The position numbers and the translations under genes were made by a program. The notes beneath the pieces were generated by a model, which had not been told where the DNA came from, made no database searches, and saw only the letters and a list, made by a program, of their open reading frames with translations. A stretch of DNA of 64,000 nt from Squalus acanthias (Eukaryota): the NCBI GenBank assembly GCA_030390025.1, contig CM059440.1, positions 23,808,001-23,872,000 of the forward strand, written 5' to 3'. Positions 12,385-25,115 of the stretch are shown here, piece by piece; the stretch's first letter is position 1; each line of letters starts with the position of its first letter.

Positions 12385-13220
12385 GGGCAGAATTTTCATT
12401 GACCCGTGGAGGCGGGTTTGGAGGCGTGTGGGGTGGGAAAATAGCAGATTCGGGGGTCCCGAACCCATCCCGCCCCCAACCCGCCTCCATGCCAGTTTCC
12501 CAGGAGGCGGGTACCCGACCTGTGCTGGGACCCGCCTCCCCGAGGCGGGAAGGGGATTAGTGACAATTAACTGCCTGTTAACAGGTAGTTAACAGGCAGT
12601 TTGTTGCCTAATCCCTATTTTTAGCCCTGAAGTGTGGGCTACCAGACCGCTCCAAACCACGCCGTTTCAGCAAGGCGGACCGTGGGTCTGCAGGGGTTGG
12701 AGGGGTCGAGATGTCCGGTGGGCAGGTGAGTGATGTGTGCAGAGGTAAGTGTGTAAGGTAAGTGTAAAGTGTGGGAAAAAGTTTTACTTACCTTAACTTC
12801 CTCCTGCAGGTGTCAGCCCTTTAGGTCTCCGGAATCAGAAATCTCACCGGCACAGAAAGCAGAATGGCCGTTGAGCTGTCAAAAGCTGCAGCCTCTGCTT
12901 TTTCTTCTGCAAAGATATCTAAATCAGCCTGAGAGGAAGGAATTAACTTAGAGGACAGATTGTCAGTGTTTGACAGCTTCAAGGAGCTGTCAAACGCTGA
13001 TATTTCATCTGTCAAAAGCTCTTGACAGATGAAATGTCAATCTGTGATGTCACCTGTTGCCAGGTGGCCCTTAATTGGCCTGCTGAGCCCGCTGGGCAGG
13101 CTTAACAAGGTCAATCAAGTGAAAATACAGTGGGTTGGCCACAAGTCGATGGAGGCGGGACTACAACCCAAAAAGTGGGAGTCCCGCCTCCATCACGTCT
13201 CCATTGACAAAATCCAGCCC
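12385..13220. mobile_element. PIF/Harbinger-like MITE upstream of HTR6
   Basis: Imperfect TIRs GGGCAGAATTTT / AAAATCCAGCCC, with a TTA duplication on both sides (12382-12384, 13221-13223). Contains internal palindromes and no credible ORF. Confidence 0.7.
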
Positions 13221-13879
13221 TTAACCTCTCCAGGTGAAGCGAGAAGTTTGAAAATTATGGGAATGGAAAAGTTAAGTGTTGGGAGGAGAGTGGAGATAAA
13301 AGGAATGCCACTGACTGTTCCCTATCTCACAACAGGAGGGAAAGTTCCCATTTAATTAGACCTCATCCCCTTTCATTTCTCGCCCCACCCCTTCCCCGAA
13401 GACTGATTCATGCCCAGGTAAGGACACCAGTACTTTGCCCAAGTGACTATTCTTTTTAGAGTATAAACAGTGAGCATCAGGAGCTTTCAACTCCTCGGGT
13501 CATCAGAGCAGAGTCCAGCCCTGCCTTACCCTTCCTCCAAATATCCACACTTGCCATTAGACCTCACTCAATAGTCACTGAGATTGAGACCACCGTTCAG
13601 CTGCCTCTGCTTCATGCCTCCCTTCCCCTTGCCCACCAAGCCAAGCTACCCCCAAGGTTCCCTCTTGCCCTAGCCCCAAACCCACATCTTTCTCCAGTAT
13701 CTCTTCTATCTCCTCTCATGCACTCTCCAAGCTCAACATGTCCATGGGACCCACCACCTGCTCTCTCAACCCTATTCCCACTAAACTGTTGATAACCCAA
13801 TTTCCCTTCATGGCCCCCATGCTAGCTGATATAGTAAACTGTTTCCTCTCTTCAGGCACTGTTCTCTTCCATTTAACAC

Positions 13880-14288
13880 TGGATGTAGGTGGTTCTTCTT
13901 TTCCCAGACAGTGGTGAGCCTCTGGAATACATTGCCAGCTGGTGTGGTGGGTGCTGACTCTATGTATGCCTTCAAGAGGGAGCTAGATTGGTTCCAGACT
14001 GGGGCAGAGATCACATTATATAGAATGTAAATGTCTTTATCGATGAGACTTGGTCCATGTGATCTCTTGGACTGGTTTTGATTGCCTGAGGGGGTCGGAG
14101 AGGATCTTTTTCCCCCTTTTTGGTACTGGAATGTTTCTCTTTTTTGCCTCTCCCAGGAGATTACATGGCTGCAGGGGTGGGTGGGAGGTGGGGAGAAGTG
14201 TTTAGCCATGATGATCCAGCCATCATGGTGTGGGGCAGGCTTGATGGACCAGCTGGTCTTTTCCTGCCCATCAATTTTGTATCTTCAT
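13880..14288 (+). mobile_element. CR1 3' fragment
   Basis: ttttcccagacagtggtgagcctctggaa..ttcaagagggagctagat followed by a 3' UTR. Confidence 0.6.
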
Positions 14289-14289
14289 A

Positions 14290-15455
14290 CTTTAAATCTG
14301 CTGTCATCACCCCTGCTCAAAAAAAACACCTTTGATCCCTCTGTCCTTGCAAACTACCACCCACATCTCCAACCTCCCTCTCCTCTCCAAAGTATATGAA
14401 TTGTTGCCTCTCAAATCCATGCTCATCTTTTCTGGAACTCTATGTTTGAATCTCTCCAATCAGGTTTCTGTCCCTGCCACAGCACTAAAATTGCCCTAAT
14501 CAAAGTGACAAATAACATTCTCTGTGAATGTGACCATGGTGCACTATCCCTCATTTTCTTTCTCGACCTATCTGCAGCCTTTGACACAGTTGACCACGGC
14601 ATCCACCACCAACTCCTCCATTGTCCAGCTGAGTGGGACTACCCTCAACTAATTCCACTCTTACCTATCCTGTCATACTCAGAGAATCTCCTGCAATGGC
14701 TTCACTTCCCGCACCTACACCATTACCTCTGGAGTCCTTCAAGGAACTATCCTTGACCCCTTCCTATTTCTTATTTACATGCTGCCCTTCAACAACATCT
14801 GAAGATATGACGTCAGGTTCCACATGTATGCTGATGACATCTAGCTCTATCTCACCACCAAATCTCTCGACCCCTCCACTGCCTCTGTGTTGGCAGACTG
14901 CTTGTCTGACATCTAATACTGGATGAGTCACAATTTCCTCCAATTAAACATTGGGAAGGCAGAAGCCATTGTCTTTGGCCCCCACCACAAACTGCTCCCG
15001 TGGCACCAATCCCATTCCATTCCCTGGCCACAGTCTCGGGCTGAACCAGACTGTTCACAACTTCGGAATCCTTTTTGGTCCTGAGCTGAGCTTCTGACCC
15101 CATATCCTCATCATCACAAAGACTGCTTAATTCTACCGTGGTAATATTGCCCATCTCAAGGAGTTGCCGGACTGGGAGCCAACGCCGGTCAGGGATGATG
15201 GGTAAACGGCACTTGGAGCAAGTTAGGATACGGGCAGCAGAGTTTTGGATGAGCATAAGTTTACAGAGGGTGCAAAGTGGGAGAGCAGCCAGAAGAACAT
15301 TAGACTAGTCGAGTCTAGAGTTAACAAAAGCATGGATGAGGGTTTCAGCAGCAGATGAGCTGAGGCAGGGCGCAGAAAGGTGATATTACGAAGGTGAAAG
15401 TAGGTGGTCTTGGTGATGGAGAGGATATGGGGTTGGAAGCTCAGCTCAGGGTCAC
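14290..15455. mobile_element. Two degraded L2-type LINE fragments in opposite orientation
   Basis: On + (14290-15155): QSGFCPCHSTKIAL, LDLSAAFDTVDH and YADD-like remnants. On - (15175-15455): IQNSAARIL and FHLRNI remnants. Confidence 0.75.
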
Positions 15456-15667
15456 TCATACAGCTAGAGGAGGCGGTCATTGACAGGCACTATGATGCAA
15501 TCTAAGTACCCTGGACATTGTTTTGCTATGAAACAATGTAGGAGTTTCTGAATTGACTGCAATTACCACAATGGATTATAAACTAATTAGAAAGACAATG
15601 CTTTGTTTATACTGAAAAAATTGCCCTGCTTGAATAATAAAAATTACACATCCATTTCCTAACCAGT

Positions 15668-16204
15668 AAGAAAAAATTAATTGCATTTATATAGCGCCTT
15701 TCATAACCCCAAAGCGCTTAACAGCCAATGAAGTATTTTTGAAGTGTAGTCGCTGTTGTAATGTAGGAAACACGGCAGCCAATTTGAGCACAGACAAGTT
15801 ACTAGGGTCTGCATCCACGCCAGGTAATTCCACATTCGTAACTTCGCCCCCACAATTAAGGCGGGAATTAAGCTCCCACAAACAACAATGTGATAATGTC
15901 CAGATTATCTGTTTTTTTAGTGATGTTAGTTGCTTGGATAAATATTGGTCAGGACACTGGGGAGAAATCCCCCACTCTTCTTTGAAACAGTGCCATGGGA
16001 TCTTTTCCTTCCACCTGTAAGGGCACAGGGCCTTGTTTTAATGTCTCATTTGAAAGACGGCACCTCCAACAGTGCAGCACTCCCTCAGTGCTGCACTGGA
16101 GTGTCAGCCCAGATTTTGTGCTCAAGTCTCTGAAGAAGGACTTGAACCCACAACCTTCTGACTCAGAGGCGAGAGAGTGCTACCAACTGACCCATGATCG
16201 ACAC
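15668..16204 (-). mobile_element. SacSINE1-like DeuSINE, diverged, with a ~70-bp internal insertion
   Basis: Colinear with the other copies except for extra sequence at ~15799-15870. Confidence 0.72.
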
Positions 16205-17159
16205 CAAGAGTAGTCAAACTATGTCTTTGTGAGCTGCATGTCATGGAGTTCTAGGACCCACAAAAAAGGGTAAACATATGTTCCAATTAATGTGGATATC
16301 TCTCTCACTCTTTCTCTCCCTGTACTTCTGTTTAGGACTCATCTACGAAGCAGTCAATAGCACAGAGAACTGCCTTTTCCAAAGTTCCAGGTCATGAAAT
16401 TCAAACAAGACAAACCAAGGAATAAGAAATAAAAGCAGAGTTGCCAGGGCTTTGTGGCTGGATAGCCAGAGTTCACAGGCCACAGTTTGAACAATGTAGT
16501 GCTAGAGATTACATCAATTTAGTCACCAAAGTCCCATAGAGTCCCACCATTCAAGTCTCCATTTGCACCCAGTGCAACTCCACTAACTAATATATACGTC
16601 AATGCTTTACATGGTGTGGATGCAGACCCTCATTACTTGAACTGGTGAGAATTAGTATTAGCTGGGTAGCGGTATTGCTGTATACAAATGGTCAACCTTT
16701 TAGTGAAATGGGACTTGAAGCTGTGCCAAGTATCTCACAAGTTAGATGTCAGAGAACTCCAAGGAACTGTGGCTCCCAAGGATAGCTGTTGTGAACTAGT
16801 GTAATCAGCAGACTTGATGATAGAACATTGCTCCTGAGGTAAGTCTGCAGTCTTCTGATACCTCACCAACTAGTAATTTTTTACATGCAAAGCTGACAGT
16901 GAGCATCATCAGGCTATTTGGCCACTGGGGGGGGGGAGCAGGGTGGAGCCATCATAGTGAAGTCCAACTCTATTCCTCACCCATTGCCCATAATGTATGC
17001 TTTCTGCAGGGATCCCTAGATGGTGATTTGGAGCAGGGACCATGGCTGATTTTTTTTCTTCCCTAACCAAGATGCACTGAGGCCAATTACAGCACCCCTA
17101 CCACTGCCCCAGGTGAGATCAGATAAATCTCCATTTATAAACATCTCAGGAGACACCAT

Positions 17160-17682
17160 GGGCTCGATTTTAACTCTTGGGCGAGAATGTGACCAAGCTT
17201 GAGGCTGTGCCCACCCGGGAGCAGCAGCAGCAGGCAGGCTTGACTGATTGTAATGGCCGGGCCTCATCAGCAGGGCGCTTACCAATACGCCCAGAAAGTT
17301 GTCGGGAAGCGGCTGCTCAGCCATTAAAATCAGGCAGCAGGAAACTGCCCCCAGGGCCCCGGGGGAATGGTCCCCGGCACAAGGTACGTGCTCCAGGAGG
17401 AAAATCTCAGTCGGGGGGGGGGGGGAACCTGTGGCAGAGGAGGCCCAAGGTTTCCTGTGGGACCTGGAGGAGCCCGTCTCTTCTAGCCCTGGTTGCTTTT
17501 TTTCTGGCAGGTTTTTCCTCGCTGGGAAGCCCCCATCGCTCCCTCGCTCAGGCCTCAGGTTACAATGGCAGATTATGTCAGCCGGGCTCAATCTGCATAT
17601 TTAAAATTGGGCCAGATCGGGCGGGAAATGGGCGGGCAATTCCCCACGCTCCATTTTAACCCGGTGAGTTAAACCTGACCCC
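17160..17682. mobile_element. MITE-like element
   Basis: GC-rich island with ends GGGCTCGATTTTAACTC / GAGTTAAACCTGACCCC. Confidence 0.55.
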
Positions 17683-17889
17683 TGCATCTCTGGGTTTAAC
17701 CTTATAGACTCACAAAAGGGAATCACATAGAATCCATCAGAATAAAATCGAACAGTTTATAAAAAGAAAAATACAAGTACAGAATTTGAGCAGAAGAACA
17801 CAATGGTATTAAACAAAATGGGAACTATTTACCCCGCCCCCGCCCATGTTTCTTTCCACCCTTCCTCCCACTGCCCCCACCCCATTTCA

Positions 17890-18260
17890 TTTTTGCCTTT
17901 TATTCCCTCTAGAAGAGAGTGATTCTTGCTGGATGCAGTTCAATGGTCACTGGTCTCCCACTGGTATCTCACCCAGGTAGGCATTCTTCCCAAGACCCTG
18001 AGCAGTGACCGTCAGCAGGCTATTCCATCATGGGGGCATCACAGCTAAGGATCCTGACCTCCACACACCTGCACTTTCCAGCAGAGGCCACTGGATAGTG
18101 ATCGGGAGTGGAAACCTTGACCAAGCTTTTCTCCTTTCCCTGGTTTAAATGCTGTGGGCATCTCACATCAGCCCAAATGGAGATCAGCTGAGTCACCACA
18201 GAGTCAGGGCCAAAGCTGGAACCTTCGTGGTCTGTCTGCCTTAGCGCCCACACCACACAA
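17890..18260 (-). mobile_element. MER131-like SINE
   Basis: Same family (ccagcagaggccactggatagtgatcgggag, gagatcagctgagtca). Confidence 0.5.
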
Positions 18261-18404
18261 ACTTTACCATCAAACCTAGAGACTGTTTCACTGTGTTCCA
18301 AACTCCCATTGCATTTTCAGTACTCCTTACATGTCAAAAATACACAATCATTACACACAACTTTATCTTAACAAAATTTGCATTTCCTTCTGAAGTGCTG
18401 TGTG

Positions 18405-18630
18405 GGTGTAGTGTCTCAATCTGTCTCTTTCTCTCTGTCTGCCTCTGCCTGTCTGCTCTGCTTATGTTTCTGTCTGTGTCTCTGCATGTGTGTGTCTCTC
18501 TGTCTGCCTAACTCTCCATCTGTGTGTGTCTCTCTCTTTCTCTGTGTATGTGTCTGTCTGTGTGTGTGTGTGCCCTCTCTGTCCCTGTGTGTGTGTCTGT
18601 CTGTCTTCCTGTGTTTCTTCTTCTCTCTCC
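18405..18630. repeat. (CT)n/(GT)n compound microsatellite
   Basis: Low-complexity tctgtgtgtctc runs. Confidence 0.85.
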
Positions 18631-19064
18631 TACATCTGCAAAGTCTTTGATGACCAGAAAATTAAATGAAAAGGAAGATTTTGAAAAAAAGTTTACACAG
18701 ATTTATAAACTGTAATTTTATATACAAACAGTTATAAGTTTGAAATGGCTACACACAGGGATTTCTGTGGTATAAAAAACAGGCTTACTAATTACAGACA
18801 TTGTGAACCCAACACTGATCACCAAATTCTAATTATACTTTGCTGGATCTTGGTGAGGTATATATTAGTATCTGAATGGGATTCCTGCTTAATTTCTACA
18901 ACAAATGTCATTCTTTAAAGACTTTCTCCTTAAATAAGTCTGCATGGTTTTTTAAAATTTCATTATATTTTGATTTTCTCTCTAAAATTCAACAAATAAA
19001 ACAAACTGAAATTTTATACCACAACTTCACTTTTTTTTCTCCTCGTGTCAAAGTCTCTATTTGG

Positions 19065-19295
19065 CTACTCTTCCTCTCTGCCATGTTCGAGAGCAACATC
19101 CTCGTTGTGGTGAATGATCTGAGGGGATTTGACCACCTCCGGGGGAGAGGCCTCTTCCTCATTTAGAATTACATTAAAAAGTTGGGAATCTTGGTGCTGC
19201 TCTTTTCCGCACGCCTGGCAACGGCAGTGTACAATTTTCTCCACTAGTTTGTCCACTCTGGGCATTTCCTCAATGCCAGGACATTCCAACTTGAC
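19065..19295 (-). CDS. NBL1: NBL1 last coding exon
   Basis: Acceptor gtattacAG|GTC. Encodes [37 protein letters not shown] (CxC of the cystine knot). Confidence 0.95.
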   Translation of the reverse strand, partial: VKLECPGIEEMPRVDKLVEKIVHCRCQACGKEQHQDSQLFNVILNEEEASPPEVVKSPQIIHHNEDVALEHGREEE

Positions 19296-19807
19296 CTGTA
19301 ATACAAACCATGGCACATCTTTAATTCAGTATTTCAAATTTTTAGGATTGATTTTTTTTTAATTTATTGCCTTTTAGAAACCCAGGTGAACAGCCAAGGT
19401 CCGCAGTGCAGGAGAGTAGAAAGGGTGAAAAGAGGAGGAGATAAGAGGAGGTAAATCAGGACGTGATGATTAGGCAACTCCAAGTTCGGGTTTTAAAAGG
19501 CTGCAGATTGCAGGAGGATGGGAAGACTGAGTGAGGCGAGGAGTTCCACAGTTTTGAGGTCCTGGTAAAGAATGAGTGAGAGTAGGAGACAGCGTGATGA
19601 ATCTTTATTTCCGAACAATGAGGCTGTAGCGGGGGCGGGGTCAGGAATCAGTGTGAGGGATGGGATATTTGGAGCTTAGGAGGAACAACAGAGGAAAGGT
19701 CAGAGGGGTGCTGACCATAAAATGGAGAGATATGAAAGAGTGCAATGTAGAAAATGTTTGAGTTTGTAGATGTAGATCAGGTAGGAGAGACTTAGAGGAA
19801 GGATAGG

Positions 19808-20911
19808 TTGCGTATAACCAGACAGGGAGGCTGCGCGTAATCAGACAGGGAGGCTGCGCGTAATCAGACAGGGAGGCTGCGCGTAATCAGACAGGGAGGC
19901 TGCACGTAATCAGACAGGGAGGCTGCGTATAACCAGACAGGGAGGCTGCGTATAACCAGACAGGGAGGCTGCGCGTAACCAGTCAGGGAGGCTGCGTATA
20001 ACCAGTCAGGGAGGCTGCGTATAACCAGACAGGGAGGCTGCGCGTAACCAGTCAGGGAGGCTGCGTATAACCAGTCAGGGAGGCTGCGTATAACCAGACA
20101 GGGAGGCTGCGCGTAACCAGTCAGGGAGGCTGCGCGTAATCAGACAGGGAGGCTGCGTATAACCAGACAGGGAGGCTGCGCGTAACCAGTCAGGGAGGCT
20201 GCGCGTAACCAGACAGGGAGGCTGCGTATAACCAGACAGGGAGGCTGCGTATAATCAGACAGGGAGGCTGCGCGTAACCAGACAGGGAGGCTGCGTATAA
20301 TCAGACAGGGAGGCTGCGCGTAATCAGACAGGGAGGCTGCGCGTAACCAGTCAGGGAGGCTGCGCGTAACCAGACAGGGAGGCTGCGTATAACCAGACAG
20401 GGAGGCTGCGTATAATCAGACAGGGAGGCTGCGCGTAACCAGACAGGGAGGCTGCGTATAATCAGACAGGGAGGCTGCGCGTAATCAGACAGGGAGGCTG
20501 CGTATAATCAGACAGGGAGGCTGCGTATAATCAGACAGGGAGGCTGCGTATAATCAGACAGGGAGGCTGCGCGTAACCAGACAGGGAGGCTGCGTATAAT
20601 CAGACAGGGAGGCTGCGTATAATCAGACAGGGAGGCTGCGTATAACCAGACAGGGAGGCTGCGTATAATCAGACAGGGAGGCTGCGCGTAATCAGACAGG
20701 GAGGCTGCGTATAATCAGACAGGGAGGCTGCGTATAACCAGACAGGGAGGCTGCGCGTAATCAGACAGGGAGGCTGCGCGTAATCAGACAGGGAGGCTGC
20801 GCGTAATCAGACAGGGAGGCTGCGCGTAATCAGTCAGGGAGGCTGCGTATAATCAGACAGGGAGGCTGCGCGTAATCAGACAGGGAGGTTGCGTATAATC
20901 AGACAGGGAGG
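19808..20911. repeat. 23-bp minisatellite (~48 copies) in the last NBL1 intron
   Basis: Unit TAA(T/C)CAG(A/T)CAGGGAGGCTGCG(CG/TA). Confidence 0.95.
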
Positions 20912-20926
20912 CAAGCAGTTACTTAC

Positions 20927-21038
20927 AATTTCCCACATGGACTGTGCTGGCATGCAGGAGTCACAGTGAACGAGGGATTCAGTGGACTGTGGAAAAGTAT
21001 TGGGCACACTGTAGCTGAAACACTGGCCAAGGCATGCT
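20927..21038 (-). CDS. NBL1: NBL1 second coding exon (cystine knot)
   Basis: Not in the ORF track; read manually. Acceptor ccctcAG|A, 112 nt encoding [37 protein letters not shown], donor ATT|GTAAGT. Confidence 0.95.
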
Positions 21039-22592
21039 CTGAGGGAGGGAATATAACAGTTTATATTATTATATCATTTAAATTGTTCTTATAAACAGGA
21101 TATTCACTTTTTTTGGCTGAAATAAAACTGGATCAATCCCATCATCTGATAATCAGTGATTATTGTTCAACTAAACCTGGAAACTGAGATGAGGTGGAGT
21201 TGCTCACACTTTGTTTGTTCCTGCCCAGTTCCTCCCCCCCCCCCCACCCCGCCAAGGTGCTGACTTTGTGGCACGGGTTCCATAGGTGCCAGGAAACCTC
21301 TGGTGCCTCGCTCATGGGGCCATTCTTCACATGTGATCCCAAATACTGAGCATTGGCAGGCTATTCAACAAAGGTACATATAATATTTATTGAGTGAATG
21401 AGACACTCACAGGCACTAAACCAAAGGAAACAGACCGCTACAGTGTCAGAATCTCACAATGAAACAAGTGCCACAACCTTTCACACGCGCAATGGGACAC
21501 CAAATTCCCTGTGAATGGTGTGATGTTCTAATTATGCCTTTTACAAGTGTTCAGATCTTGAGGTTCTCGGAACACTGCAGTCCATCACTGTGTCAGTGGG
21601 TACTGAAGTATTCATTCACACCTCGAATAAGCCGAGGGAGCAGAGAAGCAGCCAGTGCTCACTATGTGCTCAGCCAGATGAAGGGCAGATCCACCATATC
21701 CGTCACCTTAGAACCAGACAACTGAAAAACTCATCAATGCCATCAGAGATCCAGTTGCTGAGTTCAACTACCAAGCAGCCCAAGACTCAGAATCAGCAAC
21801 ACTGGGTTTTTAAGTAGTTTTTAAGCCTCTCACCCCTTGCTGCCATCTGGCTGGGATGTTTTGAGTCACTGCAGGAACAGCTGAGTCCTTTCAAAGAGCA
21901 ATGTGTTACTTTATTGTCGACCCGCATAAGCAGCAGTTTTCAATTCAAGGTCGAAACTCAACATTCTCATTCATCTATTTCCAAATCTCCGCTTACTGGA
22001 AGTAGAGTCTATTCCCAGGATAATGTACAGCCTTTAACCACTATAGCAAACCATCTCACACAATTTAATTCTAACATATAATTTTGAAAGCGTATTATAA
22101 AACAGCTCTTAGAAATGAGAGAAGGCTATTAGGTCCAACAAGCCCATCCCTTTTGCACTACCCACCTTCTCACTATATCCCTCAATCTCTTCTCTGTACA
22201 AATCCATCTAACTGTCTCTTGAATCCATTTATACTGTCCACTTCGATGACCTTCCCTGGGAAGTTATTCTACAAATTGATTACTCTTTAGATATAAAAGA
22301 TCCTCCTGACTTCCCTTCTTATCCCGGAGGGTGATGAATGTATGGAATGAACTTCCAAGGAACATAGCAGGGGGCTAACTGTATCCACAAGTTCTAGGGA
22401 GAATTGGATAAGCAACAGGAGAAACAAATTGATAGTGGGGCATGAGAATATGATAATTCCTAGACACTGGGACTGTCCAGATGGACCACAATGGTCTTTT
22501 CCAGTCCTGTGCATTCCTCTGCATTCTGACATTTTCATATAATTCAAATACAGTTTGGAAGGCTAGTTTAACACATTGATTTTTATATCTAC

Positions 22593-22780
22593 CTGTTCTG
22601 GATGGACTTTGACTCACATCCAGTGTGGCCAACTATCTGGGTGATGTTCTTTGCTTCACACCAGGCACTTTTATCAGGAAACAGTGCCAGCTTATTGATG
22701 GGTGGAGGTGCTGCAACAACTAGAGCTGGAAGCAGAATGCCCAACATGAACCAACACATCATAGTCAACTGCTCCACCAT
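22593..22780 (-). CDS. NBL1: NBL1 (DAN family BMP antagonist), first coding exon (signal peptide + N-terminus)
   Basis: The acceptor tctctctAG| puts the exon start at 22784. ATG at 22780 in ACCATGG context; the orthologous MM start is at 22762. Encodes [41 protein letters not shown]. Phase-2 donor AG|GTAGAT. Confidence 0.95.
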
Positions 22781-24640
22781 GGTCCTAGAGAGAAAAGATG
22801 CCAATTAGCAATGAGTAGTCACCTCAAAGAATAGCTCAACCCATAGACATATCCACTTGAGGGAGGGGGGGGGGGGGGGGGGGAAGAGAATGAGAGAGAT
22901 GCACGAACCCTCCCCCAGAAATTTAATCCGTGAGTTATGTCCTTCAGTGTCTCTCGCTCCCCCCCATCTCACTCTAAGCCCATGAATTGGCCCTGATTTC
23001 TCCCGTTTCTCAGTACATGGCTGTGCCTCTGGAAATCAAACCGGTTGAGAGTTCACCAGGAAAGAATTTGAGCTCAGCTGGAGTCATTCCTGAAGCAGAA
23101 AGGACAATGCATCTGATGTGATGAGATGCAGTTTCCAATACCACGAGCTTCACTATGCTGGAATAGAAGACGTGGATTTGGCCCAACTTAGCTCATTCCT
23201 GCCATCTCCACCTCCTATTTACACATAGAGGATATGCTGTCTTCGTTCCTGTAAGTGCCTCACAACAGCACATTTCAAGTGTCTGATTGAGTTTGAATGA
23301 TGTAAATGTTCGAGTTTATCACAGTGGGTGCTCACACAGGCTGCTGGCAACAAACGCCCAAAATCATTCACATAAAAGACAATTTGATTGGGTTAAACTT
23401 CTTCTGGACCTACAGAGGTGGCAGCTCCATTCTCTCCTTCTGGATTCAAAAAGAGACAAGAGTAAAACACAACACAATCACACCCACATCACCCTCACAC
23501 CACACAGGAGATATATACTGCTTAAAAATTACACTGCAATAAGACTGCAATCTCTCCCTTTTCCCCCCTAGTCCAGAGGAAGATGACTTTGATTTAAGCA
23601 TTATTGGATAGTTCCTTCTTATTTTTCCAAAGTTGCAACTTGGACATAGAAAAGATCACCGTTAAAATTTGTCATATCTGAACTTCTTTATTGAGCTTGA
23701 ACAAGGGGAAAGATGGCATGGTGATGGTGAACTTCTCAAAGCATTGATCAGTCTGGATTCTGACTCCTTACTCTGCTAATTCACCAATGTTAAATGGGTT
23801 TCATTATTGCAAAGATTATATAAATAGGCTATAATTTAAGTGTCCTGACAGCTCAAACTAACGTTAACTCAGTCCTTTAGGCTTTTATCACACCATTCTC
23901 ATTTTTTTATGCAGCCCTTTACAAGATAGATACAGATCAGAAAGGCCGTTTGGCCCGTCATAGCTCATCCCTGCAGTCTCTGCCTCCTTTAAATTATTCC
24001 AGGGTTTTTTCCTCCACTACGCTACTGCGGAGTGTTGATCACTCTGTGTGTGAAGAAGAACTTCCTGATATCTGTCCTAAATGTTCCTTTTCCTAGTTTG
24101 AACCTGATCGTGTCTTGGGATTTTCTTTGACCATATAACCTAAGAGGAATTGGGGGAAATTTATATAAAGGTCTTTAAATGAATTATTAATTTAAATTTA
24201 GCTCACCAAGGATTATATCCCCAGAACGGCATCATGCTGGGAGTGTAAATTAGACACAGTCGAAGCATCTATCCAGAACGGTGCTTCCCACACACCGAAT
24301 CAGCTCGGGATAGTGGAGGCTCATTGAAAACATTCCCACGTGATTTGTTGGAATGGGTGTATTTATATGAGCTCAGCCAAGGTTGGTTGTCTGATATCTA
24401 GGCCTAGGAGGATGGAAGCAGGTTTAATTGGCAGCTCAACTGAGCCAATCCCCAAGCACGGCAAGCTGGGGGAGGGTCAGAGGTCAAACCTTTGGCTTCC
24501 TGTCAAGCTAAGAAAGGAAACGTAGATTCTTCAGAGGTGTGATAAGAAAATAAGACAGAAAGAGAGTGAGAGCTCCCTGCTTCAGAGTCAACTGGTTTCA
24601 GGAAAATTACTAGTCTTAGAAGTGTATTTAGGCTGCTAAC

Positions 24641-25115
24641 AAAGAAAGAAAGAAAGACTTGCATTTATATAGCGCCTTTCACGACCACCAGACACCTCAA
24701 AGTGCTTTACAGCCAATGAAGTACTTTTTGACGTGGAGTCACTGTTGTAATGTGGGAAATGCGGCAACCAATTTGCGCACAGCAAGCTCCCACAAACAGC
24801 AATGTGATAATGACCAGATAATCTGTTTTTGTTATGTTGGTTGAGGGATAAATATTGGCTGGGACACCGGGGATAACTCCCATGCTCTTCTTCAAAATAA
24901 TGCCACGGGATCTTTTACGTCTACCTGAGAGAGCAGATGGGGCCTCAGTTAAATGTCTCATCCGAAAGACGGCACCTCCAACAGTGCAGCACTCCCTCAG
25001 CACTGCACTGGAGTGTCAGCCTAGCTTTATGTGCACAAGTCCCTGGAGTGAGACTTGAACCCACAATCTTCTGACTCAGAGGCGAGTGTGCTACCCACTG
25101 AGCCACGGCTGACAC
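24641..25115 (-). mobile_element. SacSINE1-like tRNA-derived DeuSINE, full length
   Basis: On the minus strand: pol III A box TGGCTCAGTGGG, B box GGGTTCAAGTC, Deu-domain-like core (cggatgagac..aaaagatccc), L2-type tail gcgctatataaatgcaagt(cttt)n. Near-identical copy at 34400. Confidence 0.8.

Noticed and set aside
25040-25115. tRNA gene (A and B boxes)
   Set aside because: It is the tRNA-derived head of a SINE and continues into SINE body sequence; the same holds at ~34800-34871 and ~16130-16204.
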